A stretch of DNA of 64,000 nt from Nitrospinales bacterium (lineage in GTDB: Bacteria > Nitrospinota > Nitrospinia > Nitrospinales > VA-1): assembly GCA_965223345.1 (NCBI GenBank), contig CBDCWG010000012.1, positions 2,496,001-2,560,000 of the forward strand, given 5' to 3'. The translations under genes and the position numbers were made by a program. Of the stretch, positions 20,533-28,675 are shown piece after piece. Every line of letters begins with the position of its first letter. The stretch's first letter is position 1. Under the pieces are notes generated by a model, which worked only from the letters and a program-made list of their open reading frames with translations, was not told the DNA's origin and ran no database searches.

Positions 20533-21549
20533 ATGTCAGTGAAAATAGCTATCAACGGCTTTGGAAGGATAGGAAGGAATGTCCTGCGCGCGCTTTTGCA
20601 GGATGAAGAGTGCAAGGACATCGAAGTGGTGGCCATCAACGATTTGACGGACGCTGCGACGCTCGCTCACCTGTTCAAATACGATTCCGTGCAGGGACTC
20701 AACCCCGCACAGGTCGAAGCGGGGGACAACAGCCTGATCGTCAACGGGAAACCCGTGAAGATCCTGTCCGAGCGGGACCCGGAAGCGCTGCCCTGGAAAG
20801 AAATGGGTGTGGACATCGTGGTGGAGTGCACCGGTTTTTTCACCAAGCGCGACGGGGCGAGCAAGCACCTCAAGGCGGGCGCCAAAAAAGTGGTGATTTC
20901 CGCCCCCGCCACGGACCCGGATGTGACGCTGGTGCTCGGGGTGAACGAGGGCTCGTACGACAAGAGCAAGCATCAGATTATTTCCAACGCCTCCTGCACC
21001 ACCAACTGCCTGGCTCCGGTGGCGAAAACACTGCAGGAGAAGCTCGGGATCAAGCGCGGGCTCATGACCACCATCCACTCCTACACCAACGACCAGAAAA
21101 TTCTGGATCTGCCGCACAAGGATCTGAGGCGCGCGCGCGCCGCGGGCGTGTCGATGATTCCGACGACGACGGGCGCGGCGAAAGCGGTTTCGCTGGTGCT
21201 GCCGGCGCTCAAGGGCAAGCTGGACGGCATGGCCATCCGCGTTCCCACGCCGAACGTTTCGCTGGTGGATTTTGTCGCGGAAGTGGAGAAAGACACCACG
21301 GCGGAGGAAGTCAACGAACTTTTGAAGCAGGCCGGGCGGGACGGCGCGGAAAACGTCGTGCGGGTGGAAGAGCATCCGCTGGTTTCCGTGGATTTCAACG
21401 GCGACCCGACCTCCTCGATCGTGGACGGTCCTTCGACCAAGGTGATGGACAAGCGTATGGTGAAGGTGCTGGCCTGGTACGACAACGAGTGGGGCTATTC
21501 GAGCCGGGTGAAGGATCTGTTGAAGTTTCTGCGCGATCAGGGATTGTGA
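20533..21549 (+). CDS. gap: Glyceraldehyde-3-phosphate dehydrogenase type I
   Basis: [27 protein letters not shown]. Confidence 0.98.
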   Translation: MSVKIAINGFGRIGRNVLRALLQDEECKDIEVVAINDLTDAATLAHLFKYDSVQGLNPAQVEAGDNSLIVNGKPVKILSERDPEALPWKEMGVDIVVECTGFFTKRDGASKHLKAGAKKVVISAPATDPDVTLVLGVNEGSYDKSKHQIISNASCTTNCLAPVAKTLQEKLGIKRGLMTTIHSYTNDQKILDLPHKDLRRARAAGVSMIPTTTGAAKAVSLVLPALKGKLDGMAIRVPTPNVSLVDFVAEVEKDTTAEEVNELLKQAGRDGAENVVRVEEHPLVSVDFNGDPTSSIVDGPSTKVMDKRMVKVLAWYDNEWGYSSRVKDLLKFLRDQGL

Positions 21550-21555
21550 GAATCG

Positions 21556-22305
21556 ATGCGACGGCCGATCATTGCGGGAAACTGGAAGATGAACATGCTG
21601 CTTCCAGAGGCCGAAGCCCTCGCCGACGCGCTGGTGCGGGACTCCGCGCCGTCTGTGGACATCGTCCTGGCGCCGCCGTTCACGGCTTTGAGCCGGGTTT
21701 GCGGGCGGGTTGAAGGCTCGCCCATTGAAATTGCAGGACAAAACATTTATTTTGAGCCGAAAGGTGCGTATACTGGTGAGATTTCGGCTGCCATGCTCAA
21801 GGATGCGGGCTGCCGGTACGTGATTCTCGGGCATTCGGAACGCAGAACGCTGTTTCACGAAGACGACGCGCTGATCAACAAAAAGATCCACGCCGCTCTC
21901 GAATGCGGTCTGAAGGTCATCTTCTGTGTTGGCGAAACCCTTCAGCAGCGCGAAGCGGACGCGACCCGCAGCGTGGTGGAGGGCCAGCTCAAAAACGGAC
22001 TTCAGGGACTCTCGCCGGAGGCGATGGCGTCCCTGGTGATCGCGTATGAGCCCGTCTGGGCCATCGGCACCGGCCGCACCGCGACGCCGGAACAGGCGCA
22101 GGAGGTACACCGCTTCACCCGCGAGTTTGTTGGGGCGGCATTCGGGGAAAAGACGGCCGAGGCCATCCGCATTCAGTACGGGGGCAGCGTGACGCCCGAC
22201 AACAGCGCGAGCCTTCTCAAGCAGAAGGACATCGACGGGGCGCTGGTCGGGTCGGCCAGCCTCAAGGCGGCGTCGTTTCAACAAATCATTCAGTCGGCCC
22301 AATGA
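21556..22305 (+). CDS. tpiA: Triosephosphate isomerase
   Basis: AGNWKMN, GHSERR, AYEPVWAIGTG, YGGSV. Confidence 0.98.
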   Translation: MRRPIIAGNWKMNMLLPEAEALADALVRDSAPSVDIVLAPPFTALSRVCGRVEGSPIEIAGQNIYFEPKGAYTGEISAAMLKDAGCRYVILGHSERRTLFHEDDALINKKIHAALECGLKVIFCVGETLQQREADATRSVVEGQLKNGLQGLSPEAMASLVIAYEPVWAIGTGRTATPEQAQEVHRFTREFVGAAFGEKTAEAIRIQYGGSVTPDNSASLLKQKDIDGALVGSASLKAASFQQIIQSAQ

Positions 22306-22338
22306 GCCTCTTTCAAGAAATGGAGATTCGAAACTAGA

Positions 22339-22665
22339 ATGCTTACCCTTTTGACCGTATTGCATGTGTTGGGCGCTTTTTTACTGATTCTGGTGATCCT
22401 CCTTCAGTCGGGCAAAGGGGCGGCCATGGGCTCCGGTCTGGGAGCGGGCAGCAGCCAGACGATGTTCGGCAGCAGCGGCGCTGGCAACTTCCTCACCAAG
22501 CTGACAACCGGTGTCGCCATCCTGTTCATGGTGACCTCGCTGGCACTGGCGACGCTCTCCACGAAACGGGATTCGAAATCGATCATGCAGGGCGTGGAAG
22601 AACCCGCAGGCAAGCCGGAGTCCAAAACCACGCCCGCACCTCAGGCCGACGACAAACCGGAGTGA
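22339..22665 (+). CDS. secG: Preprotein translocase subunit SecG
   Basis: ILLQSGKG...[14 protein letters not shown]; follows tpiA. Confidence 0.93.
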   Translation: MLTLLTVLHVLGAFLLILVILLQSGKGAAMGSGLGAGSSQTMFGSSGAGNFLTKLTTGVAILFMVTSLALATLSTKRDSKSIMQGVEEPAGKPESKTTPAPQADDKPE

Positions 22666-22680
22666 TGCAAAACCAAGTGT

Positions 22681-22762
22681 GCCGATGTGGTGGAACTGGT
22701 AGACACGTGCGCTTGAGGGGCGTATGGAGCGATCCGTGGGAGTTCGAATCTCCCCATCGGCA
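22681..22762 (+). tRNA. tRNA-Leu(GAG), CCA not encoded
   Basis: Acceptor GCCGATG/CATCGGC, D-loop TGGTAGA, anticodon loop TT-GAG-GG, long variable arm, TTCGAAT. Confidence 0.95.
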
Positions 22763-22897
22763 TTCATCCTCCTTTTCACTGGGGGGCGCTCGTTCGATTC
22801 CGGAAAACCCTGCTCATTCCCGGGGCTGACTCTTGATTCCCTTCCTCCATCATTTCGGCGGTTCCACATCTCAATCCTAGAAAATACGGGCGCGGAT

Positions 22898-23899
22898 ATG
22901 CCAGGCGAAAAAAATTCCTCCACTGAATTTCAGGAACGGATATCGCGAATCCTGCTCGTCTGCATCGAAGGCATGAAAGGGCTCCTCACCAAGGAGGACG
23001 CGCTCTATTCCACCCTGACCAAGCTCGGGGAAGTGGTCAAAAAAGCCACCCGCCCCAAACCCGTCTCTGGTATCGGCAAGGACATCGAGGATTATTACAC
23101 CCGTTTGAAACTGGAATCGAGTTTCCAGGAAACAAAGAACGAAACGGTCAAGCAGATCGTTGTCAACCTCTCCTCGACGGTCAAGGAGCTGATGTCCACC
23201 ACCGGCGATTTCGACGCCAACATGAAGGACTCCATCGAAAAGATCCAGGCGGCGGGGGACATCCAGGACATCCTGGCTCTCAAGGATGCGATTGTGGGAG
23301 AGATCAACCGCGTGCGCGCCGGGTCGCAGTCGATGAAAAAGGAGCTGGAGCAGTTCCGCAAATCGACGCAGAGGCTGTCCACGCGGCTGGAGCAGACCGA
23401 AGCGAAGGCGCTGGTGGACACGCTGACCAATGTGCTCAACCGCAACGCCTACAATCTGAAAATCACGCAGATGATCGTCGAGTTTGCCCGCATGAACGAC
23501 ACCTTCTGCATATTCGTGGTGGACATCGACAATTTCAAGCAGTTCAACGACAACTACGGGCACAAATCCGGAGACCTGGTGCTGCGGTCGGTGGCCTCGG
23601 CGATTCAGAGCAACCTGCGTGCGTCGGACCTGGTGTTCCGCTACGGCGGCGAGGAGTTTGTCATCCTGCTGCAGGGAATCCAGCTGGAGCAGGCGACCCG
23701 GCTGGGAGAAAAAATACGCGGCTGCGTGGAGAAAGAGTATTTCGTGGACAAGGAAACCAAGATCAAAGTCACCGTCAGCGTCGGCGTTGCGCAGGTGATG
23801 GAAGGCGACACCGAGCAATCGCTGTTCGACCGGGCCGACAAGGCGATGTACACGGCCAAGAAGAAGGGAAAAAACCGGGTGGAATACGCCACTCAATGA
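22898..23899 (+). CDS. Diguanylate cyclase (coiled coil + GGDEF)
   Basis: DTLT..LNR, DIDNFKQFNDNYGH, RASD I-site, RYGGEEF. Confidence 0.92.
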   Translation: MPGEKNSSTEFQERISRILLVCIEGMKGLLTKEDALYSTLTKLGEVVKKATRPKPVSGIGKDIEDYYTRLKLESSFQETKNETVKQIVVNLSSTVKELMSTTGDFDANMKDSIEKIQAAGDIQDILALKDAIVGEINRVRAGSQSMKKELEQFRKSTQRLSTRLEQTEAKALVDTLTNVLNRNAYNLKITQMIVEFARMNDTFCIFVVDIDNFKQFNDNYGHKSGDLVLRSVASAIQSNLRASDLVFRYGGEEFVILLQGIQLEQATRLGEKIRGCVEKEYFVDKETKIKVTVSVGVAQVMEGDTEQSLFDRADKAMYTAKKKGKNRVEYATQ

Positions 23900-23917
23900 T
23901 CCGGGACGTGATCGCTC

Positions 23918-24307
23918 ATGACTTCTGAAACAGAGAACAGCGCAAAGGAACAGGTACTGCGTCGCAGTAAGGCGTGGATCGAAAGCTTCAACCGCTCGGA
24001 TGTGGACGCCTGTGTCGCGGCCTATCAGGCGGATGCGGTGATGAACGCCAAGCCGCTGGGCACGTTCACCGGGCACGAGGAGATCGACGCGTTCTGGCGG
24101 CCGTTCATGCAGTCCGGAGCGGGCGGTCTCAAATACAGCGACGTGAAACTTGCCGCGATCGATGCGGACACGGTGCACCTTTCGGCAAACTGGTCGATGA
24201 ACGTGGGACGCGGCGTCATCACTCTGGAAAAATGGGTCCGGCAGCCCGATGGCGTCTGGCTGCTCGCCCATGATGATTTTGAAATCCAGGAACGATTCGA
24301 AAGCTAG
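23918..24307 (+). CDS. NTF2/SnoaL-like family protein
   Basis: WIESFN..D...Y..DAVM...G..EI..FW pattern. Confidence 0.75.
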   Translation: MTSETENSAKEQVLRRSKAWIESFNRSDVDACVAAYQADAVMNAKPLGTFTGHEEIDAFWRPFMQSGAGGLKYSDVKLAAIDADTVHLSANWSMNVGRGVITLEKWVRQPDGVWLLAHDDFEIQERFES

Positions 24308-24382
24308 CGGCGTTATTCATTTCGCGCCACACTGCAAAACCGAACGGAGAGCGCCAACCCGTTCACGGCGTTTCCTTGTCCC

Positions 24383-24739
24383 ATGCAGGCAACCACACTA
24401 GAAGGATTGTTTTTTAACCCGCGCTTCATTTCGGTCTTCGCAGTGATCCTCATCACGATCGGCAACGTCATGGTCGGGGTGAGCATGCTGCCGCGCGACA
24501 AACGAAAAGTCCGCTACCGGCTGCACAAAAACATTTATTTCCTCGTTCTCGCCTGTTTCGCGGTGCATCTGGGGTTCAACCACGTCGCCGGCCGCAACAC
24601 CTGGCTTCATTACGCGATTTTCCTGTATTTTCTTTTCGTGATTCCCCTCAGCCCCCGTTCCAACGAAACCCTGCACGCGATTCTCGCCTCGGTGGGGTTG
24701 GTGCTAATCACCGCATTGGCCGCCTTCAACCTGGGTTGA
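24383..24739 (+). CDS. Hypothetical 4-TM membrane protein
   Basis: Four hydrophobic segments, several His. Confidence 0.65.
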   Translation: MQATTLEGLFFNPRFISVFAVILITIGNVMVGVSMLPRDKRKVRYRLHKNIYFLVLACFAVHLGFNHVAGRNTWLHYAIFLYFLFVIPLSPRSNETLHAILASVGLVLITALAAFNLG

Positions 24740-24886
24740 AACTGTCGTTAAAATAAGTGTATATATATCAGTATCTTAATGGATATCTGCTGCGCGAAAC
24801 TGCAATGAAAAATCGGGCTTCGAGCGATTGCGGCGGTGCGGAGGAGTGTGGTTTAATGAGGTGGATGAATCACAAAAAAGAGAGTC

Positions 24887-26233
24887 ATGGAACCGTTTGA
24901 CGTTGTTGTGCTGGGAGGGGGGCTCGCCGGTGTCTCCGCCGCTTTGCGGGCGGCGGATCTCAACGGCAGGGTGTGCCTGATCGAGAAGGAACGGATCGGC
25001 GGCAGCTATCTCAAAAGGGGGCTGTACCGCCAGCAGCGCGCCCTGCACCTCGCGCACAATCCCAACGGCGCCTCTGAGCTTCCAGAAAACGGCGGGTTCA
25101 CCCGGTCGATCGAAGGCGCCGAAGCGGTGTCGGTAAGCTGGCTGAAAGCGCTTGCGGATCAGGGCGTGCAGGTCGAAATGGGCGAGGGCGTCGTGACCGG
25201 CCCCGGTACGGTTCGCGTGACCAGGCAGGATCGGGAACTTGCCCTCGAAACGCGCACGATCATTCTCGCCACCGGATCGGCGGCGGTGGCGCCCACCACG
25301 ATTCCGTTTGAAAAAGACCGCATCCTCGCTCCCGACGAGGTGTTCGGGCTCACGCAGATTCCCTCCCAGGTTCTGATTCTGGGGGCGGGACGCGAGGGCT
25401 GCGAGCTGGCGACGCTGTTCAACCGCCAGGGCAGCCGCACTTTTTTGTGCGACGAGCGCCCGCGCCTGCTGCCGGACAGCGATCCGGAACTGGGCGAGGT
25501 GATCGAGCAGGAGATGAAGCGAAAAAAGATCAAGCTGCTGCTGGGAAAAAAGGTGGTGTCGATATTTAAAACCGAAAGCGGGATCGATGTGTCCCTGGAA
25601 GGCGGCGTGAAGTTTTCCGTCAACCAGATCGTGATCGCCGGCCGCCGCAAAGCCCACACCGGGTGCCTGTCCGCCAACGCGCTGGGTGTGCGTCTGGGAG
25701 AATTCGGCGAGGTGCTGGTGAACGAGTCGATGGAAACCTCGGCCGCGGGAATTTTCGCGGTCGGCAGCGTCACCGGCCGGGCCGCCAACGTGAGTTTTAC
25801 GGAAGAGGCGGCGCGGGTGGCGGCGGGCAACGCCATGGGAAAAAAATGCACGTTCGATGCGGACTGGGTGCCCGAAATCCTGTTCACCGAACCGCAGGTG
25901 GCCAGTGTGGGCTGTTTTGCGGCCCAGGCTCACCATAAAGGATACCGGGCGGTGGAAGGCCGCTGCGATTACCGGGATACCGATCACGCGCGGATCCACG
26001 GCGGCGGGGGCGGTTTTTTCAAAATCGCCGTGGACCGGGTTTCCCGAAAAGTCATCGGCGCACAGATGGTCGCGCCTCAGGCTTCCGAGTTTATGCCCTT
26101 GATATTGTTAATGATAAGAAAGGGCATGGCGGTCACCGCCTTGACCGGGCTTTCCTGTTCGCCCACCGGCCAGTTTCGGGGCATTCGCGAGGCCGCGCGG
26201 GACTGCGTCCGGACGTTGAAATCACAAGGCTGA
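24887..26233 (+). CDS. Dihydrolipoamide dehydrogenase-like flavoprotein lacking the redox disulfide
   Basis: GGGLAG, ILATGS, FTEPQVASVG dimerisation domain; GGSYLKRG replaces GGTCLNxGC. Confidence 0.8.
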   Translation: MEPFDVVVLGGGLAGVSAALRAADLNGRVCLIEKERIGGSYLKRGLYRQQRALHLAHNPNGASELPENGGFTRSIEGAEAVSVSWLKALADQGVQVEMGEGVVTGPGTVRVTRQDRELALETRTIILATGSAAVAPTTIPFEKDRILAPDEVFGLTQIPSQVLILGAGREGCELATLFNRQGSRTFLCDERPRLLPDSDPELGEVIEQEMKRKKIKLLLGKKVVSIFKTESGIDVSLEGGVKFSVNQIVIAGRRKAHTGCLSANALGVRLGEFGEVLVNESMETSAAGIFAVGSVTGRAANVSFTEEAARVAAGNAMGKKCTFDADWVPEILFTEPQVASVGCFAAQAHHKGYRAVEGRCDYRDTDHARIHGGGGGFFKIAVDRVSRKVIGAQMVAPQASEFMPLILLMIRKGMAVTALTGLSCSPTGQFRGIREAARDCVRTLKSQG

Positions 26234-26262
26234 AAGGGGAAAATTCGAATCGACATCCGGTC

Positions 26263-26291
26263 TTGACTCGATTTTTCAATTGTGCTAAAAA
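26263..26291 (+). promoter_or_regulatory. Putative promoter of the Rieske/cyt b operon (TTGACT-N17-TAAAAA, extended TG)
   Basis: 17-bp spacing in an AT-rich intergenic region. Confidence 0.5.
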
Positions 26292-26369
26292 CCAACTCTT
26301 TGAATAAAAATGCTACGGGTGGGTTGCTGCGCGGACTCATCCCATTTTATTGATAAATTAAGGTTTAAA

Positions 26370-26924
26370 ATGGCTGAAGCGAAAGAGACCGCAAAAGCGA
26401 AACCAGCCAAGTCCAAAGACAAGAAAAACGAGCCGGTTGACAACCTTTGGTCGCGCCGCGATTTCTTTTCCCTGGCAGGCTGGGCGAGTTTCCTGGCAGC
26501 TTTCGGGCTGTCCAATTTATATTTTGTGCGCCTTCTTTTTCCACGCGTCCTGTTCGAACCTTCTCCCATTTTCAAGGCCGGCAATCCCGAGGATTACACG
26601 GTGGGGGAGGTGAGCACCAAATGGGTTAAGGATCAGCGTGTGTGGATCGTGCGGGATACGGAAGGCATCTATGCGATTTTTGCGCTCTGCACCCATTTAG
26701 GCTGCACACCCCGCTGGCTGAAGACGGAAAGCAAGTACAAGTGTCCCTGTCACGGCAGTGGATTCACGAAAGAGGGGATCCACTTTGAGGGACCGGCTCC
26801 GCGCCCCCTCGAGCGGTTGAAGATCAGTCTCGACCCCAACGGCCAGATCGAAATCGATAAAAGTAAAAAATTCCTGTATGAAAAAGACGAATGGGGCAAG
26901 CCGGGCGCCAAGCTGATGGTCTGA
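26370..26924 (+). CDS. petC: Rieske iron-sulfur subunit of a Rieske/cytochrome b complex
   Basis: Tat SRRDFF + TM; CTHLGC, CPCHGS, GPAPRPL. Confidence 0.93.
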   Translation: MAEAKETAKAKPAKSKDKKNEPVDNLWSRRDFFSLAGWASFLAAFGLSNLYFVRLLFPRVLFEPSPIFKAGNPEDYTVGEVSTKWVKDQRVWIVRDTEGIYAIFALCTHLGCTPRWLKTESKYKCPCHGSGFTKEGIHFEGPAPRPLERLKISLDPNGQIEIDKSKKFLYEKDEWGKPGAKLMV

Positions 26925-27009
26925 TCCGGTTGTTTTGTCTGGAAAGTCCCCGGACGATTTTTATACACTAGTTTCCCGATCACAGACTCCCCATAGGAGG
27001 ATTTGAGTT

Positions 27010-27843
27010 TTGGCTTCGAAAACACCAGAAATTCCCAACCTCGCCGAATTGATGCAGAAGATCAAAAGCGGCAAGATTTTCGGGGAAATCGCCGATGAGA
27101 TCAAGCGGTCGCAGGTCTGGACGTCCACGTTCCGGCACGGTTACGCGGACACGCCCCGCAACCGCGTGCTGCAGATCGCCAGCAACGTCTGGCTGCACCT
27201 GCATCCTGTCAAAATCCACCGGCATGCGCTCCGGATCAAATTCACCTGGTGCATGGGCGGCATCACGTTTTTGCTGTTTTTGTCCACCGTGGTCACCGGC
27301 GTGATCCTGATGTTCTACTACCGGCCGGTTGGGGAATACGCGTATTTCGATATGAAATACCTGCAGTACGACGTTCCGTTCGGGATGCTCATGCGCAACA
27401 TGCACCGCTGGGCGGCGCACGCGATGGTGATCACCGTGTGGCTGCACATGTTCCGGGTGTTTCTCACCGGGTCGTACAAGCCGCCGCGCGAGTTCAACTG
27501 GGTCATCGGCGTGTTCCTCGTCACGTTCACCCTGCTGCTGAGTTTCACTGGCTACCTGCTGCCGTGGGACCAGCTGGCCATGTGGGCGGTCACCGTCGGA
27601 ACCAATATGGCGCGCGCCACGCCGTTTCTCGGTCATGAGGGGCCGTTCCAGGAGTTTGTGTTCGGTGTTTCACCCCGGTACGACGCGCGTTCGATACTGC
27701 TCGGGGGAAGTCTGGTCGGACCTCCCGCACTGCTGCGGTTTTACGTGTTGCATTGCATATTCATCCCCCTGGTGGCAGGGGCGCTGATGATCGTGCATTT
27801 CTGGAGAATCCGCAAAGACGGCGGGATCTCGGGTCCGCTTTGA
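27010..27843 (+). CDS. petB: Cytochrome b6-type N-terminal subunit
   Basis: WCMGG (heme ci Cys), HRWAAH...[16 protein letters not shown]...VHF; TTG start after AGGAGG. Confidence 0.93.
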   Translation: MASKTPEIPNLAELMQKIKSGKIFGEIADEIKRSQVWTSTFRHGYADTPRNRVLQIASNVWLHLHPVKIHRHALRIKFTWCMGGITFLLFLSTVVTGVILMFYYRPVGEYAYFDMKYLQYDVPFGMLMRNMHRWAAHAMVITVWLHMFRVFLTGSYKPPREFNWVIGVFLVTFTLLLSFTGYLLPWDQLAMWAVTVGTNMARATPFLGHEGPFQEFVFGVSPRYDARSILLGGSLVGPPALLRFYVLHCIFIPLVAGALMIVHFWRIRKDGGISGPL

Positions 27844-27884
27844 TCCGCTGTTTCTGAACCCGTTTCTATTGAAAGGTTTTTTTG

Positions 27885-28649
27885 ATGGCTGAAGTGACGA
27901 CGCCCACACCTCGAAAAAAAGTCGAGAACGTTCCCGAGAAAGTCCACGTCTGGCCCTATCTGGTCCGGATCGAGTTTCTCTGTTCCATCATCGTCATCGT
28001 TCTGCTCGCCGTGTGGTCCATCGTCATCGATGCGCCCCTGGAAGAAGCCGCCAATCCCACCAAAACGCCGAACCCTTCCAAGGCGCCTTGGTACTTCCTG
28101 GGACTGCAGGACATCCTGGTTTATTTCGATCCCTGGTTCGCCGGCGTCATCGCGCCCGTTCTGATCATCGTGGGCCTGATGCTGATTCCCTATCTGGATG
28201 TGAACCCCAAGGGCAACGGGTATTACACCTACCACGAGCGGAAACTGGCGATCTGGGTGTATTGTTTCGGATTTCTGGTTCTGTGGATCGCACTCATCAT
28301 CATGGGCGTGTTCCTGCGCGGGCCGGGCTGGAACCTGTTCATGCCCTGGCAGTACTGGGATCCGCATAAAGTGGTGGCTCTGGTCAGCGTCGATCTGCCG
28401 TATGCGTTCGGGGTGCGTACTTATCTCATGGCGTCCATCGTCGGCGGCATTGTGGTCATCGGTTATTTTGCGGTGGGCACCGCGATTTATTTCTTCATGG
28501 AACGCAAGGCCATCAAGCACGTCGGTTTCACGCGCATGTTCATCAAAATCCAGCTCATGCTGATCATGGTGGGCATCGTCATCAAGATCGTTTTGAGGCT
28601 TGCGTTCAACATCAAGTATATCTGGGTGACCCCCTGGTTCAATGTTTAG
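27885..28649 (+). CDS. petD: Cytochrome b subunit IV-like protein
   Basis: APLEEAANPTKTPNPSKAPWYFLGLQ (PEWY variant); extra TM helices. Confidence 0.85.
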   Translation: MAEVTTPTPRKKVENVPEKVHVWPYLVRIEFLCSIIVIVLLAVWSIVIDAPLEEAANPTKTPNPSKAPWYFLGLQDILVYFDPWFAGVIAPVLIIVGLMLIPYLDVNPKGNGYYTYHERKLAIWVYCFGFLVLWIALIIMGVFLRGPGWNLFMPWQYWDPHKVVALVSVDLPYAFGVRTYLMASIVGGIVVIGYFAVGTAIYFFMERKAIKHVGFTRMFIKIQLMLIMVGIVIKIVLRLAFNIKYIWVTPWFNV

Positions 28650-28675
28650 CTGTATTCCTTCCGAGGTGAAGTCCG

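Noticed and set aside
22724..22897. N-terminal extension of the GGDEF ORF
   Set aside because: It overlaps tRNA-Leu; the ATG at 22898 is more plausible.
22763..24780. Possible island integrated at tRNA-Leu
   Set aside because: I saw no integrase, no duplicated tRNA 3' end and no clear composition shift.
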